DNA of 63,852 nucleotides, filler included, from Bipalium vagum (Eukaryota): NCBI GenBank assembly GCA_037834085.1. It is 3 parts of 3 records of this genome, joined end to end, with 100 filler letters (N's around TTAATTAATTAA, not from the genome) between each part and the next. Parts side by side here need not be neighbours in the genome. Positions count along the whole stretch, not along the records: positions 47,154 to 63,852 come from JBBMKC010097628.1; 2 more parts are not named here. One strand, 5' to 3'. Shown piece by piece: positions 63,455 to 63,852 of this stretch (position 1 is its first letter; each line of letters starts with the position of its first letter). The notes under the pieces were generated by a model. It saw only the letters and a program-made list of their open reading frames with translations, ran no database searches and was not told where the DNA came from. The position numbers and the translations under genes were made by a program.

Positions 63455-63852
63455 TTAATGAATTGAAACATACTTAATTGAAACATGTGATATACTTTCT
63501 ATATATTTGTGATCCTTCAATGAATTGGAACATTTGACATTGTATTGAATTCATAATTGAAACATTTGACATCCTTCTTATATTAGTGATCCTTAATGTT
63601 GTAGTATTGTATTGCTTTTTATTTTTATTTGTTGCATTGTATTGACTTTTTATTCGATATAATATACACTCCTTTAATTAAGTCTGTTCACCCCATTAAA
63701 TTGAATGATATAAATGATAATATACATAGATTTTAATACATTTTATGTTAATATAATGTAAGCGCGTACAATTTGAAAAACAGAATTTTATAATGGTAAA
63801 ATTTTTAACGAAAGAAGAAAGAATGTCAATTGTTGCACTTTCAAAATCAGGT

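Overview
AT-rich animal (invertebrate-like) nuclear DNA with very short GT-AG introns (44-50 nt where not expanded by transposons) and four N gaps. Two gaps carry an artificial TTAATTAATTAA linker, so separate contigs may be joined there. (1) 1-30 kb: a birth-and-death cluster of secreted-protein genes. It holds one intact two-exon gene (signal peptide + PAN/apple-like domain + unrecognised ~175-aa domain), several pseudogene copies, and an intact C-type lectin + PAN gene. A multi-kb inverted duplication has a piggyBac in the left arm and the empty TTAA site in the right arm. (2) 33-42 kb: a gene missed by the ORF track, built from a signal-peptide exon and at least five homologous symmetric phase-2 micro-exons (39/42/45/42/45 nt) among mariner, Merlin, Gypsy and ITmD37E debris; this resembles a micro-exon gene (MEG). 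(3) 45-47 kb: decayed Polinton-type protein-primed PolB. (4) 48-59 kb: minus-strand perlecan (HSPG2)-like gene that splices cleanly but appears to stop at the start of domain III (~766 aa). One intron holds a decayed RLE-clade non-LTR retrotransposon with an apparent Y-box-type cold-shock domain upstream of its pre-RT region. (5) 61-62 kb: probable degraded mitochondrial-derived sequence. All assignments come from manual translation and motif recognition; no database searches were run.
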